Shown here: positions 8,846-18,761 of the stretch, piece by piece | How the letters are laid out: the number at the start of each line of letters is the position of its first letter | How positions within the stretch are numbered: position 1 is the stretch's first letter | Source of the DNA: Bdellovibrionota bacterium | GTDB taxonomy: Bacteria; Bdellovibrionota; UBA1018; UBA923 | Reading direction: 5' to 3' | NCBI GenBank assembly: GCA_040754655.1 | Contig: JBFMCE010000003.1 | Span: 3,231 to 67,230 of the forward strand | Length of the DNA stretch: 64,000 nt | Position numbers and translations under genes: made by a program | The notes under the pieces: generated by a model | Seen by the model: only the letters and a program-made list of their open reading frames with translations | Database searches by the model: none | Told to the model about the DNA's origin: nothing

Positions 8846-10939
8846 ATGGATTCGAGGCGTTTTAGAGTATATCTTACGGGCGGTGACCTGCAAGGCTGGG
8901 CGCTCGACACCGACTTAAAGCTAGCGAAAAAAGCTTTGAGCGGGGTGGTGGATTTTGTCTCAGACCCACACCATGCGGACGTGATCCACACGGTATGGCC
9001 AGAGCAGTTGCTCGAAAAACCCGAACTCGCCGAATTGCGAAAGGGTAAACCGATCGTCGCGACGTTTTCAAATGATCCCCACGCTCTATTTGAAAAGGTG
9101 CCGGGGCTCTATGACGATGCGAGCGAATGGTATTGCGTCGGGCAGTCGCGTGATGCGGTCCGAAAACTCAAAGAGTTGAGCATCCCTTCCGTCGAGTGTG
9201 TTCCTTATATCGCCGACCTCGAGTCTTTTAAACCCCTGCTGAAAGACGATCCAGAACTTTTAGCTTTAAAAGCAGAGCTCAAGATTCCGCGGGACAAGTA
9301 CTTGATCGGGTCGTTTCAGCGAGATTCCTTGGGATCCAACCTTCGCCAGTTCAAGGCTCAAAAGGGTGCCGATGCCTTGTTGTCGATCGCATTGGGGCTG
9401 AAACAGCGCGTCGGCGCTAATGGATTCCATGTCGTTTTAGCTGGTCCTAGGCGGCATTGGATCATGGATGCGTTCGAGAAAAATGCGATCTCTTATTCCT
9501 TCGATGGGGAATTTCTCGGAGGCGATGATTACCCAAAGAACATCCGAAGCGCGGAAAGAATAAATCAGCTGAAGAACCTCTTGGATGTTTATCTGATCAC
9601 AAGCCGTTGGGAAGGCGGACCCCGCGCGGTCTTAGAAGCTGCCGCGAGCAAGACGCCAGTGATCAGCACGGCGGTGGGAGTGGTTCCCGATATTTTGAAT
9701 CCTGTCTGCATCTATAAAAATCTTTCACAGGCGATAGATCTGCTTGAATCTGATTTCAAGAGCCGACACCTTCGTGGTTACGTCGATGAACATTTCGTCA
9801 CGGTAAACAAGAACCATAGCGTCGAAGCTATTCATGGTCTTTGGAAAAACTTTTATGCAAACCTTGGGAGTGAACTTAAGCCTTCCTCAAATCGGGATCA
9901 AATTGACCAGAAAATCCAGGGAAGGGGCGCCAACACCCATTTTTATTTCAAGAAGGCCCTCTTCAAGGCCTCCAAAGTAAAACAGAAACTGATTCAAAAA
10001 ATCCGAAGCCAAAGCTCGCGCAAAGCGACCATCACTCTTTGGGGTGAGATGGTTGCAGGACCTTATGGCGGCGGCAGCCAAGTTTTAAAAGCAATCGCTC
10101 GCGAGCTTGAGTCTCGTGGCTTCGAGGTTTTAAACAATTCTTATACAGATGCCGACGGACACATCCTGAATTCCGCTTTCTTTGACACCGAAAAACTCAA
10201 AACCGTGCTCGGGGCTTCCCAGAAAAAACCTAAAGTCGTGCACCGGATCGATGGTCCGATCTCGCTCTACCGGGGCAAAGATCTTCATCTCGACCAGCAA
10301 ATCTTCAGGTTGAACCGCGAGGCCGCCACTGCAACCGCGTTTCAATGCGTTTACTCGTGGCGTGAGTCGCTCAATATGGGATTTCGACCGGTCAATCCAA
10401 TGATCATCCGAAACGCATGCGACCCGAGCCTGTTTTTTAAGCCAGTTTCGAAGGCTGGGCTAGATGCTTCGCGGAAAGTGAAATTGATCTCTACATGTTG
10501 GTCGACCAACAAGATCAAAGGCTTCGATGTTTACCGACACCTTGATGAGACTCTCGACTTTTCGAAATATGATTACACTTTCGTCGGAAGATCACCGGTT
10601 GAGTTTAAGAACATCCGCCTCGTCGACGCGGTCGCGTCAAAAGAGCTTGGGGATTATTTGAGGCAGGCTGATGTCTTCATAACAGCGAGCCGGAACGATC
10701 CAGCCTCGAATTCATTGCTAGAAGCGCTGAATTGCGGATTGCCTGCGATCTATGCCCAAAGTGGCGGGCATAGCGAATTTACCTGGTTCGCCGGGCTTTC
10801 GTTTCAAGGCCCTCAAGAAATCGCCGGCCTTCTCGAGAGAATCGAACGAGACTATCGGAGCTATCAACTGTCTTGTTACTCCATTTCTATTTCGGAAGCC
10901 GTTGACAGTTATCTACAGGCGTTGGGTTTATGCCGATAA
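8846..10939 (+). CDS. Tandem glycosyltransferase (two GT-B/GT4-like modules in one 697 aa protein)
   Basis: Two GT4 C-terminal EX7E-type regions are present: LITSRWEGGPRAVLEAAASKTPVIST and VFITASRNDPASNSLLEALNCGLPAIYAQSGG. A GT4 N-domain-like GPYGGGSQV...GFEV lies between them. Confidence 0.65.
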   Translation: MDSRRFRVYLTGGDLQGWALDTDLKLAKKALSGVVDFVSDPHHADVIHTVWPEQLLEKPELAELRKGKPIVATFSNDPHALFEKVPGLYDDASEWYCVGQSRDAVRKLKELSIPSVECVPYIADLESFKPLLKDDPELLALKAELKIPRDKYLIGSFQRDSLGSNLRQFKAQKGADALLSIALGLKQRVGANGFHVVLAGPRRHWIMDAFEKNAISYSFDGEFLGGDDYPKNIRSAERINQLKNLLDVYLITSRWEGGPRAVLEAAASKTPVISTAVGVVPDILNPVCIYKNLSQAIDLLESDFKSRHLRGYVDEHFVTVNKNHSVEAIHGLWKNFYANLGSELKPSSNRDQIDQKIQGRGANTHFYFKKALFKASKVKQKLIQKIRSQSSRKATITLWGEMVAGPYGGGSQVLKAIARELESRGFEVLNNSYTDADGHILNSAFFDTEKLKTVLGASQKKPKVVHRIDGPISLYRGKDLHLDQQIFRLNREAATATAFQCVYSWRESLNMGFRPVNPMIIRNACDPSLFFKPVSKAGLDASRKVKLISTCWSTNKIKGFDVYRHLDETLDFSKYDYTFVGRSPVEFKNIRLVDAVASKELGDYLRQADVFITASRNDPASNSLLEALNCGLPAIYAQSGGHSEFTWFAGLSFQGPQEIAGLLERIERDYRSYQLSCYSISISEAVDSYLQALGLCR

Positions 10940-11907
10940 ACGCAAATGAACCTTTTTTCACCATCGTAACCGCGATCAAAGATGGTTTGCTCTTTTTCCG
11001 CGAGACGGCCCCTACGATTTTGAACCAGACGTTTAATGATTGGGAGTGGATCATTGTAGATGATGGTTCCACTGAACCGATCCAAGCCTTTGTTGAGTCG
11101 TGGACTGAATCCCGAGTGCGGTATATCCGCAATGAAACGAGCATTGGGCAAACGCGCAGCTTGAACCTGGGTATTCGAGAGAGCAAGGCGCAGTGGATCG
11201 TGCGCATGGACGCAGACGACCTGGCTGAGCGGGATCGTCTTTCAGAGCTCTATCGGTATTTAACCCAGGTATCACCCCATTACCGGGGCTTGGTTTTTTC
11301 GGATTACCATGTCATCGATCAAGACGGGATGCCTATTGCGACCGTTCGTTATAACGATCAAAAGAGCGACAATCTTCTAGGATACTTGCCGAGAAACAAC
11401 CCGATCTGTCATCCGACCGTGGCGTTCTACAAGACTGGTCCTTCAGGGGGCTTGTATTCTTTCGATGAAACTCTTTTCAACGCCCAAGACTATGCCCTCT
11501 GGAAGAAAATGATTCAAGACTACGGAAATTCGATTCTCCACGTGCCGCTGCCTCTGGTTCATTATCGCTTGGTGAGAGAATCGCTTTCGAGTGCTCGCAT
11601 TAAAGAGCAGCTCCTCGAGCTAGAGTCTATCCGCGCGTCTGGGTCGGGGCCGGGCGCTCAGCGGGAGACGATTTCCGGCGTTAGTCTTTCAAGCTCTAAA
11701 CAAGAAAGCATGCAGGCCTATCGTTCGAGTTATTACAAGTTTATCGGAAATGATCTGCAGAGCGCGAAACTGGGTTGGATAGATCTGAGAGACCTCGTCA
11801 GAACGGTTTTGTATCCTCGTTTTTTTTGGAGGGCGTTTGTTTTCACGATGATGCGGCCATTCCGGGCTAGGCTAAAAAAAATCTTGTTCAACGGGGTCTA
11901 TAAATGA
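10930..11907 (+). CDS. Glycosyltransferase family 2
   Basis: FTIVTAIKDG...IIVDDGSTEP (DXD-type) and RMDADD motifs. Overlaps the upstream gene by 10 nt. Confidence 0.8.
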   Translation: MPINANEPFFTIVTAIKDGLLFFRETAPTILNQTFNDWEWIIVDDGSTEPIQAFVESWTESRVRYIRNETSIGQTRSLNLGIRESKAQWIVRMDADDLAERDRLSELYRYLTQVSPHYRGLVFSDYHVIDQDGMPIATVRYNDQKSDNLLGYLPRNNPICHPTVAFYKTGPSGGLYSFDETLFNAQDYALWKKMIQDYGNSILHVPLPLVHYRLVRESLSSARIKEQLLELESIRASGSGPGAQRETISGVSLSSSKQESMQAYRSSYYKFIGNDLQSAKLGWIDLRDLVRTVLYPRFFWRAFVFTMMRPFRARLKKILFNGVYK

Positions 11908-13490
11908 ACCTCTCGGGCCGAATGCTTCGATCCAAAGACAGGTATACCGCATGGATGGCAGTTTTCTTGATCACGCTTTTCTTCGTGGGAGCACAGCTTT
12001 TCTATATCAAGTTTCGTGCTCCCTACGGTTTTGACGAGGGAGTATTCTGGCAGACCATTCTTTCCCTGGGAGACGGGAGCAAATTGTACTCCGAAATCTT
12101 TTATGCCCAGCTGCCGCTGTTCATCCATTGGGCAAAACTCTTGTTTGATATCGGAGGGCAATCGATCGAGGCTGCCCGTTTGGGCATCGTCATCACCTCG
12201 GCTGTGGCGATACCGGCGATGTATCTCATCGGGAGCCGGCTAGCGGGTGCCCAAACAGGCCTTCTTGCCGCATTTTCGATGGCGATCAACTCCTCGTTTT
12301 TTCACAGTGCTCACGTTCTTGGCGGAAACGCTCCTTCGGTGGCATTTCTCGCTTTGAGTTTTGCATTGCTTTTGGTTGCGATTCCGCGGCCTGAGCGGAT
12401 CGGCAGTCAAAGTGGGCGCGCAATTCGCGCAGAACCCGAGATTCGAGGATTGCCTTTTTTCGGAGCGATGCTTGCGATGAGCATCAGCTTGCAATTCAAG
12501 CTCATCGCGATCGGGGCCCTGCCGGCTGCGTATTATTTGATTTACCATTGCGCGGGTTACCGAAAACGCCCCAACAAAAAAGATTTCTTCTTGCTGCTGC
12601 TCAAAACAACTTTGATTGGCGCTTTACTTGTTTTTGGGGGCGTATTTATTTTCGATCAACAGGGGCTGGTGTTTTCTCAGCTCAATGGAGGAGCGCTTTC
12701 AAAAGACTTAGTGGATAACCATGCTTTGCGACCGGTCTATACTCTGGCGGAAAAGGCCTATATTTTCTTCAGCAATGAATGGTCGTATCATCGCGGGAAC
12801 TTTCTTTTACCCATTGCCTGCCTCGTGCTCTTGTACCAGTCGAGTCGAAGAAAGGTTGAACATGCCGATGCAACGAAGCTTGTTCTTCTTTTCCTGCCAG
12901 TGCTTTCGCTGCCTCTCTTTGTTCATCCGAGGGCATGGCCCCATCATTTTGTGATACTGTCTCCGCTACTTTGCCTGGCATTGGTGATTTTATGGATGTC
13001 TACGCGTGAAACTCGCGCCTTTGGGCCCTTCCCGGGCCGCGTCTTGAATAACCTGGTTCGTGTTTTTTGCTTGGCGTGCGTGGGGTTGGATTTGCTCCTG
13101 ATTTTGCTTCCGATCCCAAAGCTTGAGCCCAGGGCCGAAGAGCTGTTCATCAAACCTTTCAAAGAAGTGACCAGCGCTTTGAAAAATAGCACTCAAAGCG
13201 GTGACTACGTTATTACAGACCACCAATTCATCGCGGCATCATTGGGTTTGCGCATTCCTGCCGCGGTGATTGACACGTCTGGAGTCAGGGTGGGAGCAAG
13301 GTCGTTGACTTGCGCTAAGCTTTTCAAAGAGCTGCTGAGCGGCAAGGTTAGGGCTGTGTTGATCACGAAGCGGCTTAAGCGCATCGATTGTGGCGAGGAA
13401 AATCTTTATCGTGAGGTACAAAGGCATTTCCCGATCCGAGAAGACTTTGGGGTCGGAGCGGTTTTATTCAGTCGGAAGCGATCTTCATGA
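11904..13490 (+). CDS. Polytopic membrane protein, GT-C fold glycosyltransferase (GT39/ArnT-PMT-like), putative
   Basis: About 11 predicted TM helices. The N-terminal periplasmic-loop region FDEGVFWQTILSLGDGSKLYSEIFYAQLPLF resembles the ArnT/PMT family loop that contains the DE motif. Confidence 0.45.
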   Translation: MNLSGRMLRSKDRYTAWMAVFLITLFFVGAQLFYIKFRAPYGFDEGVFWQTILSLGDGSKLYSEIFYAQLPLFIHWAKLLFDIGGQSIEAARLGIVITSAVAIPAMYLIGSRLAGAQTGLLAAFSMAINSSFFHSAHVLGGNAPSVAFLALSFALLLVAIPRPERIGSQSGRAIRAEPEIRGLPFFGAMLAMSISLQFKLIAIGALPAAYYLIYHCAGYRKRPNKKDFFLLLLKTTLIGALLVFGGVFIFDQQGLVFSQLNGGALSKDLVDNHALRPVYTLAEKAYIFFSNEWSYHRGNFLLPIACLVLLYQSSRRKVEHADATKLVLLFLPVLSLPLFVHPRAWPHHFVILSPLLCLALVILWMSTRETRAFGPFPGRVLNNLVRVFCLACVGLDLLLILLPIPKLEPRAEELFIKPFKEVTSALKNSTQSGDYVITDHQFIAASLGLRIPAAVIDTSGVRVGARSLTCAKLFKELLSGKVRAVLITKRLKRIDCGEENLYREVQRHFPIREDFGVGAVLFSRKRSS

Positions 13491-14554
13491 AAAAAATTAA
13501 AATGGTTTTAAGCATCGGACGCCAGTTTCTTGAATTGCTTTTCACCTTGAAGCCCAAAGAGAAATCGCGAACACCCATAAAGGTGCTCGCAAAACCTGCT
13601 TTCTTGGGTGGGCCGGCGACGAAGGTTTCTCAACTGACCGAGATAATGGCGCACCGAAGGCAGCATTATTCCTCGGTCTTTTGTCTTTCGGCGGTTCATA
13701 CGCCGATTTTTCTTTTAAGGATTTTGAAGCTTCTGGGCGCTAAGGTCGTCGTCAATCAAAACGGCGTTTATTATCCCAGTTGGTTCCCTCTCGGATGGGA
13801 GGAAAAGAACGCTTATCTCAGAAGGTTGAACGTGCTTTCTGATCATACTTTTTTTCAAAGCGAGTTCGCATTGCGAAGTTACAAACAGTGGGTTGGCGAT
13901 TTGCCCAAAAACTATTCCATCCTTCATAATCCCGTAGACACGAGAAAGTTTTTGCCACTCGAGGAAGGGGCGCTAAAGAATAATGCGCTTCGAGTCTTGG
14001 TATTCGCGGACGTGTCTGAGTTTACCGAGCCCTTGTGGCAATGCGTAAAGGGACTGCTGCATTACATGGAGTTTCACCCCTTGGAACGCGTCAGCGTTGA
14101 GTGGACTTTGATGGGAAGAATCCTTTCCGGAAAGGTGTTTGATCGCCACCAATTGGGAGAGCTTGATAAGATCGAAAAATTAAAGATAAAGATGGTTTGG
14201 GAACCCGAAGCTCATGTCGTTCCCGAGAGAATCCGAGAGCATGATGTCGCGCTACACCTGGTGTACAATGACGTTTGCCCCAACAAAGTATTGGAGTGCC
14301 TCGCCTCAGGGCTCGGAGTGATCGGCTTGAGCGCCGGAGGAACGGTCGAACTGGTCGGCGACGCGGGAATTACTCTCAACGTCCCTCAAGGCTTCGGGAA
14401 ACCGGCATTCCCGGCTTACTCTGAACTTCGAGAAGCGCTTTCATCCTATTTTGCGCAAAAACAAGAATACCGCCGCAGGGCGGTCCTGCGAGCACAACAG
14501 TTTGATTTGACTTTGTGGCATGAAAAAGTTCGAAAAGAATGCTTACGGTCTTAA
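13487..14554 (+). CDS. Glycosyltransferase group 1 (GT4-like)
   Basis: C-terminal VLECLASGLGVIGLSAGGTVELV matches the GT4 E..E-type motif. ATGA stop/start overlap with the upstream gene. Confidence 0.55.
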   Translation: MKKIKMVLSIGRQFLELLFTLKPKEKSRTPIKVLAKPAFLGGPATKVSQLTEIMAHRRQHYSSVFCLSAVHTPIFLLRILKLLGAKVVVNQNGVYYPSWFPLGWEEKNAYLRRLNVLSDHTFFQSEFALRSYKQWVGDLPKNYSILHNPVDTRKFLPLEEGALKNNALRVLVFADVSEFTEPLWQCVKGLLHYMEFHPLERVSVEWTLMGRILSGKVFDRHQLGELDKIEKLKIKMVWEPEAHVVPERIREHDVALHLVYNDVCPNKVLECLASGLGVIGLSAGGTVELVGDAGITLNVPQGFGKPAFPAYSELREALSSYFAQKQEYRRRAVLRAQQFDLTLWHEKVRKECLRS

Positions 14555-16504
14555 CTTACGCTCCAGATGGCGTGCGATCCTTTCCGCGGATTTTCCATCC
14601 AAAGGCCCGGTGTGCTGGGTGACGTAATTCAACGACATCCGGATTTGCCTCTGGCATCTCTCGCCACCGCTGAGCATTTCTTGAAAGAGATCTACTAGGT
14701 TATCCTCAGGCCCTGCTACGGGAATACCGGCTTCAGAAGCATAGTGCGTTTGTTTTTCAAGCTCTGCCTGAACGTGACGAGGCTGAATGGATACGATCGG
14801 AGTTTGAGAGAGAATGAGCTGGGAGGTGGCGCTGCTGAAGGGAACGATCACGAGATCGCAACCAGAAGCAAGTTCGATGAGATCCGCCGAATGGATGATT
14901 TTGGGCATGCGCGAAACTAGCCTTGCGATCTGTTTTTCGAGTGCGACCGGGTCTTGTTGCGGATGCGCCTTTACGAGAACTTCTGCGTTTAGCGCTGCGG
15001 CTGCCGCTAAACTTGAGCGATAAAACGCGTCAAGGTCGCGCGCGGAATACCACTCATCCGGATAAGTGGCGAGAATCAAAAAGATAGGGGCTTCTTTGTC
15101 GAAATTATAGTGCGCCACAAGTGCATCTTTTTGCACTTGTCGGTTGAGCTTCGACACTTTGTCTACAAGAGGATCTCCTACGACTTCAATTTGATCTGGC
15201 TTACATGCTCTTTCATTCACAAAGCCCGTCGCCAGAAACGAGCCGCTCGTGCCAAAGTGCCTGCTGAGCCTACGCACCAGCCCGATGAAGGGCGAAGGAG
15301 AAAGAAAGGAATACGATACTGTGGGAATCCCTTTTCGTTCAGCTTCAAGCGTGAAGGCCCGGTTGATGTCCCATTCTTCGAAGTGGACGATCAAATCGGG
15401 CGAAAAGTGATCGATGCAGCGTTTTGATGTCTCTGCGTGAAGCGCCGTAACCGGGCTTGCTTCACTGATCATTTCCTCTAGGAATGGCTGTACCAAAGGA
15501 GCAAGCTCAACTCCCTTGTACTGCAAGCTGAAGGCTGCCGTCCGGAAAACAGGCAGAACGCCTTTAATCTTCGCTGAAACCTCTCTCACGATTCGTTTTG
15601 TTTCTTCTCGTGATATGAATCCGGACGCAGCCACGATCTTCACGCCGCGATTTTCGAGCCTGCCAAGAAGGGTGTCTCGCTCTAGGTCTTTGCCTACGAA
15701 GTCAGTTGCCACGATAAACTCTGCATCCAGGGTCTGACCAAAGGTTTCAAGTAACGCCTCTAGACGCCTGAGTGTGCGTTCTTTGTATGCGACGAAGAGA
15801 AGCCGAGGTTTTTCTTTTGCGTGAACGTCTTGGCGCTTGGGTTCGGTTGGAGTGAAGGTGAGCCAGTCTTTAAGCATGTAGTCGTAGTCGATCTTAGGGG
15901 ATGCATCAAGGCCTTGGATGAGTTCCAATAGTTTCGACTCAAGGGAATCCTCGCCAGGAACTTTGATTTCTTTTCTCGGGAGCATTCTTTGGAAGATCAG
16001 TTCTGGTACAGAGTTTCTGGAAAAAGTAAAATATTCCAAGTCTGGTTCTTCGTGAGTCAAGTCCCTGAATGCCTCGACGTAAACGATATAGTTGGCAAGA
16101 ATTTGAAAGGCCCACCTGGGTTCGGAGATTTTGAAGACAGAGCTTCCTCTCCAGGCAAGACCTGATTTTTCGCCAGCCACTTGAGCAAAGGCTTCGAGTT
16201 GGTCGGCGAAGTTGTGCAAAGGAGTGTAGTCGGTTTGATGAATGACTCCGGGTAAAATATCTTGATATTGGCAAAGACCGGTTCGGACGCTTCCCGGCAA
16301 ATTCTCGCTAACGGCCTTGCTAATCAACCCTCGCCAGTGCGCGTTAGGAGCCTGTTTGAAAATGCGGGCTATTTGTCGCTTGATGACGAGGCTCCCAAGC
16401 GCTTTCAACGCCAACCTTGGAACGCGTGCATAACGCCGTCTTCCGATGGGGAAGATATGATTTGCGGTTACAAGAACCGCTTCAATGGCTGGTTGTTTTC
16501 TCAA
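14543..16504 (-). CDS. Large hypothetical GT-B-like protein (Capsule_synth/TagF-like?), paralog group A
   Basis: 653 aa. C-terminal block PIFLILATYPDE...VLVKAHPQQ...VIVPFSSATSQL...GIPV shares a [KR].HP ... S/T-rich ... G.PV pattern with the ORFs at 54285 and 59629. Confidence 0.3.
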   Translation of the reverse strand: MRKQPAIEAVLVTANHIFPIGRRRYARVPRLALKALGSLVIKRQIARIFKQAPNAHWRGLISKAVSENLPGSVRTGLCQYQDILPGVIHQTDYTPLHNFADQLEAFAQVAGEKSGLAWRGSSVFKISEPRWAFQILANYIVYVEAFRDLTHEEPDLEYFTFSRNSVPELIFQRMLPRKEIKVPGEDSLESKLLELIQGLDASPKIDYDYMLKDWLTFTPTEPKRQDVHAKEKPRLLFVAYKERTLRRLEALLETFGQTLDAEFIVATDFVGKDLERDTLLGRLENRGVKIVAASGFISREETKRIVREVSAKIKGVLPVFRTAAFSLQYKGVELAPLVQPFLEEMISEASPVTALHAETSKRCIDHFSPDLIVHFEEWDINRAFTLEAERKGIPTVSYSFLSPSPFIGLVRRLSRHFGTSGSFLATGFVNERACKPDQIEVVGDPLVDKVSKLNRQVQKDALVAHYNFDKEAPIFLILATYPDEWYSARDLDAFYRSSLAAAAALNAEVLVKAHPQQDPVALEKQIARLVSRMPKIIHSADLIELASGCDLVIVPFSSATSQLILSQTPIVSIQPRHVQAELEKQTHYASEAGIPVAGPEDNLVDLFQEMLSGGERCQRQIRMSLNYVTQHTGPLDGKSAERIARHLERKLRP

Positions 16505-18143
16505 AGTCGATCACCTTATCCGCGATTCCGACCAAAGGCTTGTAATGAGTGACGATCACAACCGAGATCTGACCTCGAAGCGCGCTCAATGCGCTAGTCA
16601 CGACCGCGGCCGATTCGCTATCAAGATTGGCCGTAGGTTCATCGAGCAAGAGCGCCGTGGGGCGTCGCAATAACGCGCGGGCCAACGAGAGCCGCTGTTT
16701 TTGCCCGGCAGACAAACCTTCGCCGCGGTCTGAAAGGCGGCGGTTGAGGTCTTCCGGAAAATTGGCCAGAAACTCAAGACAGTGGGCCTTTTCAAGAGCC
16801 GTTTTGAGTTCATCTTGGCTTGGGGCAAAGTCCAGGCCGTACACCAAGTTCTCAAGAATCGTTCCTCCGATGACGTGTGGATCTGGCCCGACGTATCCAA
16901 AGCGGGAATGCGCCTCAACGGCTCCTCTCATGGATTTGTCGCCAGAGTTTGTGCCGATGGTGCCTGCCTTGGGTTCAAGAACGCCTGCCAACAGGTAAAG
17001 CAGCGTGGTTTTGCCAGAACCTGACGCCCCAGTGATGACAGTGATTTCGCCAGGATTCGTTGCTAAGTTGATCCGGTTTAAGATGGGTTTGTTTTCATAA
17101 GAAAACCCGACGTTTTGCAAAGTCCACGAGGTAGGGCGTAGGTTTGACATTGCAGGACTGGTTGGTTGCTTGAGCCTGGGAGGCGCCTGAGTATATTGTC
17201 GTTTCCACCAGTGGATCAACTCGTTCATCTGAGGCGAATACATACGCCAGGATGCGATTGAACTTGAAAGTTCAGCGAGGATCTGCGAAGCGCGGATGAA
17301 AAGATAAATGAACGATACGAATAGACCACCGCCCAGCGCTTGTTGCTCGCGATTGAAATACGAGATGGCAATGATCACGAGCACGCCGATAAATTGAGGC
17401 GCGGAATACTTGCAACTTTTGATGGCCGAGAACAGGCGCGTGTTGAGAAAGAGGCTCTTGAGATCAGCATGGATCTTGGAAAGTTCCCTTTCTTGGGCTC
17501 TGCACACCCTCAGAAACTGCAGGTTCTTCATCGAATCGAGCAACCGCTGGTTGACGGCTGCCGACCTTTCGGTCAGCTCGTTCCCTGAGTTTTTGACGTG
17601 ACGGTCAAGCAGTCTGAGAGCGGCGCCAAAAGCAACCAAAACGCCGATACCCGAGATTGCGAGCACCGGAGCAATCTTCAATAAGTAGATCAGGATCAAG
17701 GTCAATGAGAGCGCATGGATGCTGGTGTTTTGTACGGCGGTGATGCAGTTGGCAGCGCCTGTTACCCGGTCATTGACGTAAGTCACGATCCTCGACGAAT
17801 CGCTATTGCCTGAAAGCAGCGCCCATTCAATGATCCGCGATCGCATGTGATAAGCGAAAGATTCATTGACCATGGCGTGACTGTAGACTTTGAACCACTG
17901 AATCGCGCCCCGGACAAAAGCAAATGCCGCTAAAAACGCGAGGTTGGCGAAAAAAGCCTTGGGCACCCAATCCGGCACATTCGCGACGTTGGGGTCGATC
18001 GTTCCCATTGAAACCAGGAAAGATTGGATGAGCATCGCGAAGCTCACCTCTACCGCGCTCAGCAAGATTCCGGCTATAATGCTGAGTACGAGGATGCGAG
18101 CCACCTTCGGACCAAAAAAATCAAAGAGTCTTGCAGACCGCAA
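16482..18143 (-). CDS. ABC transporter, fused permease/ATP-binding exporter (MsbA/PglK-like)
   Basis: N-terminal 6-TM domain, then Walker A GASGSGKTT, ABC signature LSAGQKQRLSLARAL, and Walker B LLLDEPTANLD. Confidence 0.85.
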   Translation of the reverse strand: MRSARLFDFFGPKVARILVLSIIAGILLSAVEVSFAMLIQSFLVSMGTIDPNVANVPDWVPKAFFANLAFLAAFAFVRGAIQWFKVYSHAMVNESFAYHMRSRIIEWALLSGNSDSSRIVTYVNDRVTGAANCITAVQNTSIHALSLTLILIYLLKIAPVLAISGIGVLVAFGAALRLLDRHVKNSGNELTERSAAVNQRLLDSMKNLQFLRVCRAQERELSKIHADLKSLFLNTRLFSAIKSCKYSAPQFIGVLVIIAISYFNREQQALGGGLFVSFIYLFIRASQILAELSSSIASWRMYSPQMNELIHWWKRQYTQAPPRLKQPTSPAMSNLRPTSWTLQNVGFSYENKPILNRINLATNPGEITVITGASGSGKTTLLYLLAGVLEPKAGTIGTNSGDKSMRGAVEAHSRFGYVGPDPHVIGGTILENLVYGLDFAPSQDELKTALEKAHCLEFLANFPEDLNRRLSDRGEGLSAGQKQRLSLARALLRRPTALLLDEPTANLDSESAAVVTSALSALRGQISVVIVTHYKPLVGIADKVIDFEKTTSH

Positions 18144-18759
18144 AGATCTCTCCTTCGCTATTGTAAAAAGAGGTTTGCACGACGAAGCCCGCTTTTTCGA
18201 CCTCGCTGTGAAGCATGCTCAAAGTGTATTCGCGACAGTGCGTCGGATCCGTCCTCGCATCAAGACCAAGGCTTTGTTTGAACTGAAACCGCCAGTTCTC
18301 TTGAGAAGGTACGCAAATGAGCAATTTCCTGAATGTGGTGAGCCTTTTTAAAAAAGCGATCGGGTCCGGCAAATGCTCAAGCACGTGGCTCAAGAGAATC
18401 GTGTTCACGCCCTGCTGGGTAAGCAAAGGGATGAGATTTTGGTCAAGGATATCCATCCTGATGAAATTCGTTTGATCCTTGAGCAAAAGCGCTGGACTCA
18501 GATCCACGCCGACGGCGGACGCTACTTTTGGGCTGACCGCAAGGACGAGTTTTCCGGTGCCGCACCCGAGGTCGGCCACCCGATCGGTCTTATCGACCCA
18601 ATTTACGAAATCCCTCGAGCGAAAGTCATGCAAGTTCTTGGGATGAGGCATGCGCAAGAGCTTGCAGAGATGATAGAAAAAACGCGATTCAATGAAATCG
18701 TGCACGAAGAAGTAAAACCGGAACAGAATTTTATAAAGGCGCTCGCGATCTTCGGTCAT
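18121..18759 (-). CDS. Class I SAM-dependent methyltransferase
   Basis: VADLGCGTGKL SAM-binding motif I and the acidic post-I residue VGVDLS. Confidence 0.65.
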   Translation of the reverse strand: MTEDRERLYKILFRFYFFVHDFIESRFFYHLCKLLRMPHPKNLHDFRSRDFVNWVDKTDRVADLGCGTGKLVLAVSPKVASAVGVDLSPALLLKDQTNFIRMDILDQNLIPLLTQQGVNTILLSHVLEHLPDPIAFLKRLTTFRKLLICVPSQENWRFQFKQSLGLDARTDPTHCREYTLSMLHSEVEKAGFVVQTSFYNSEGEIFAVCKTL

Positions 18760-18761
18760 GT

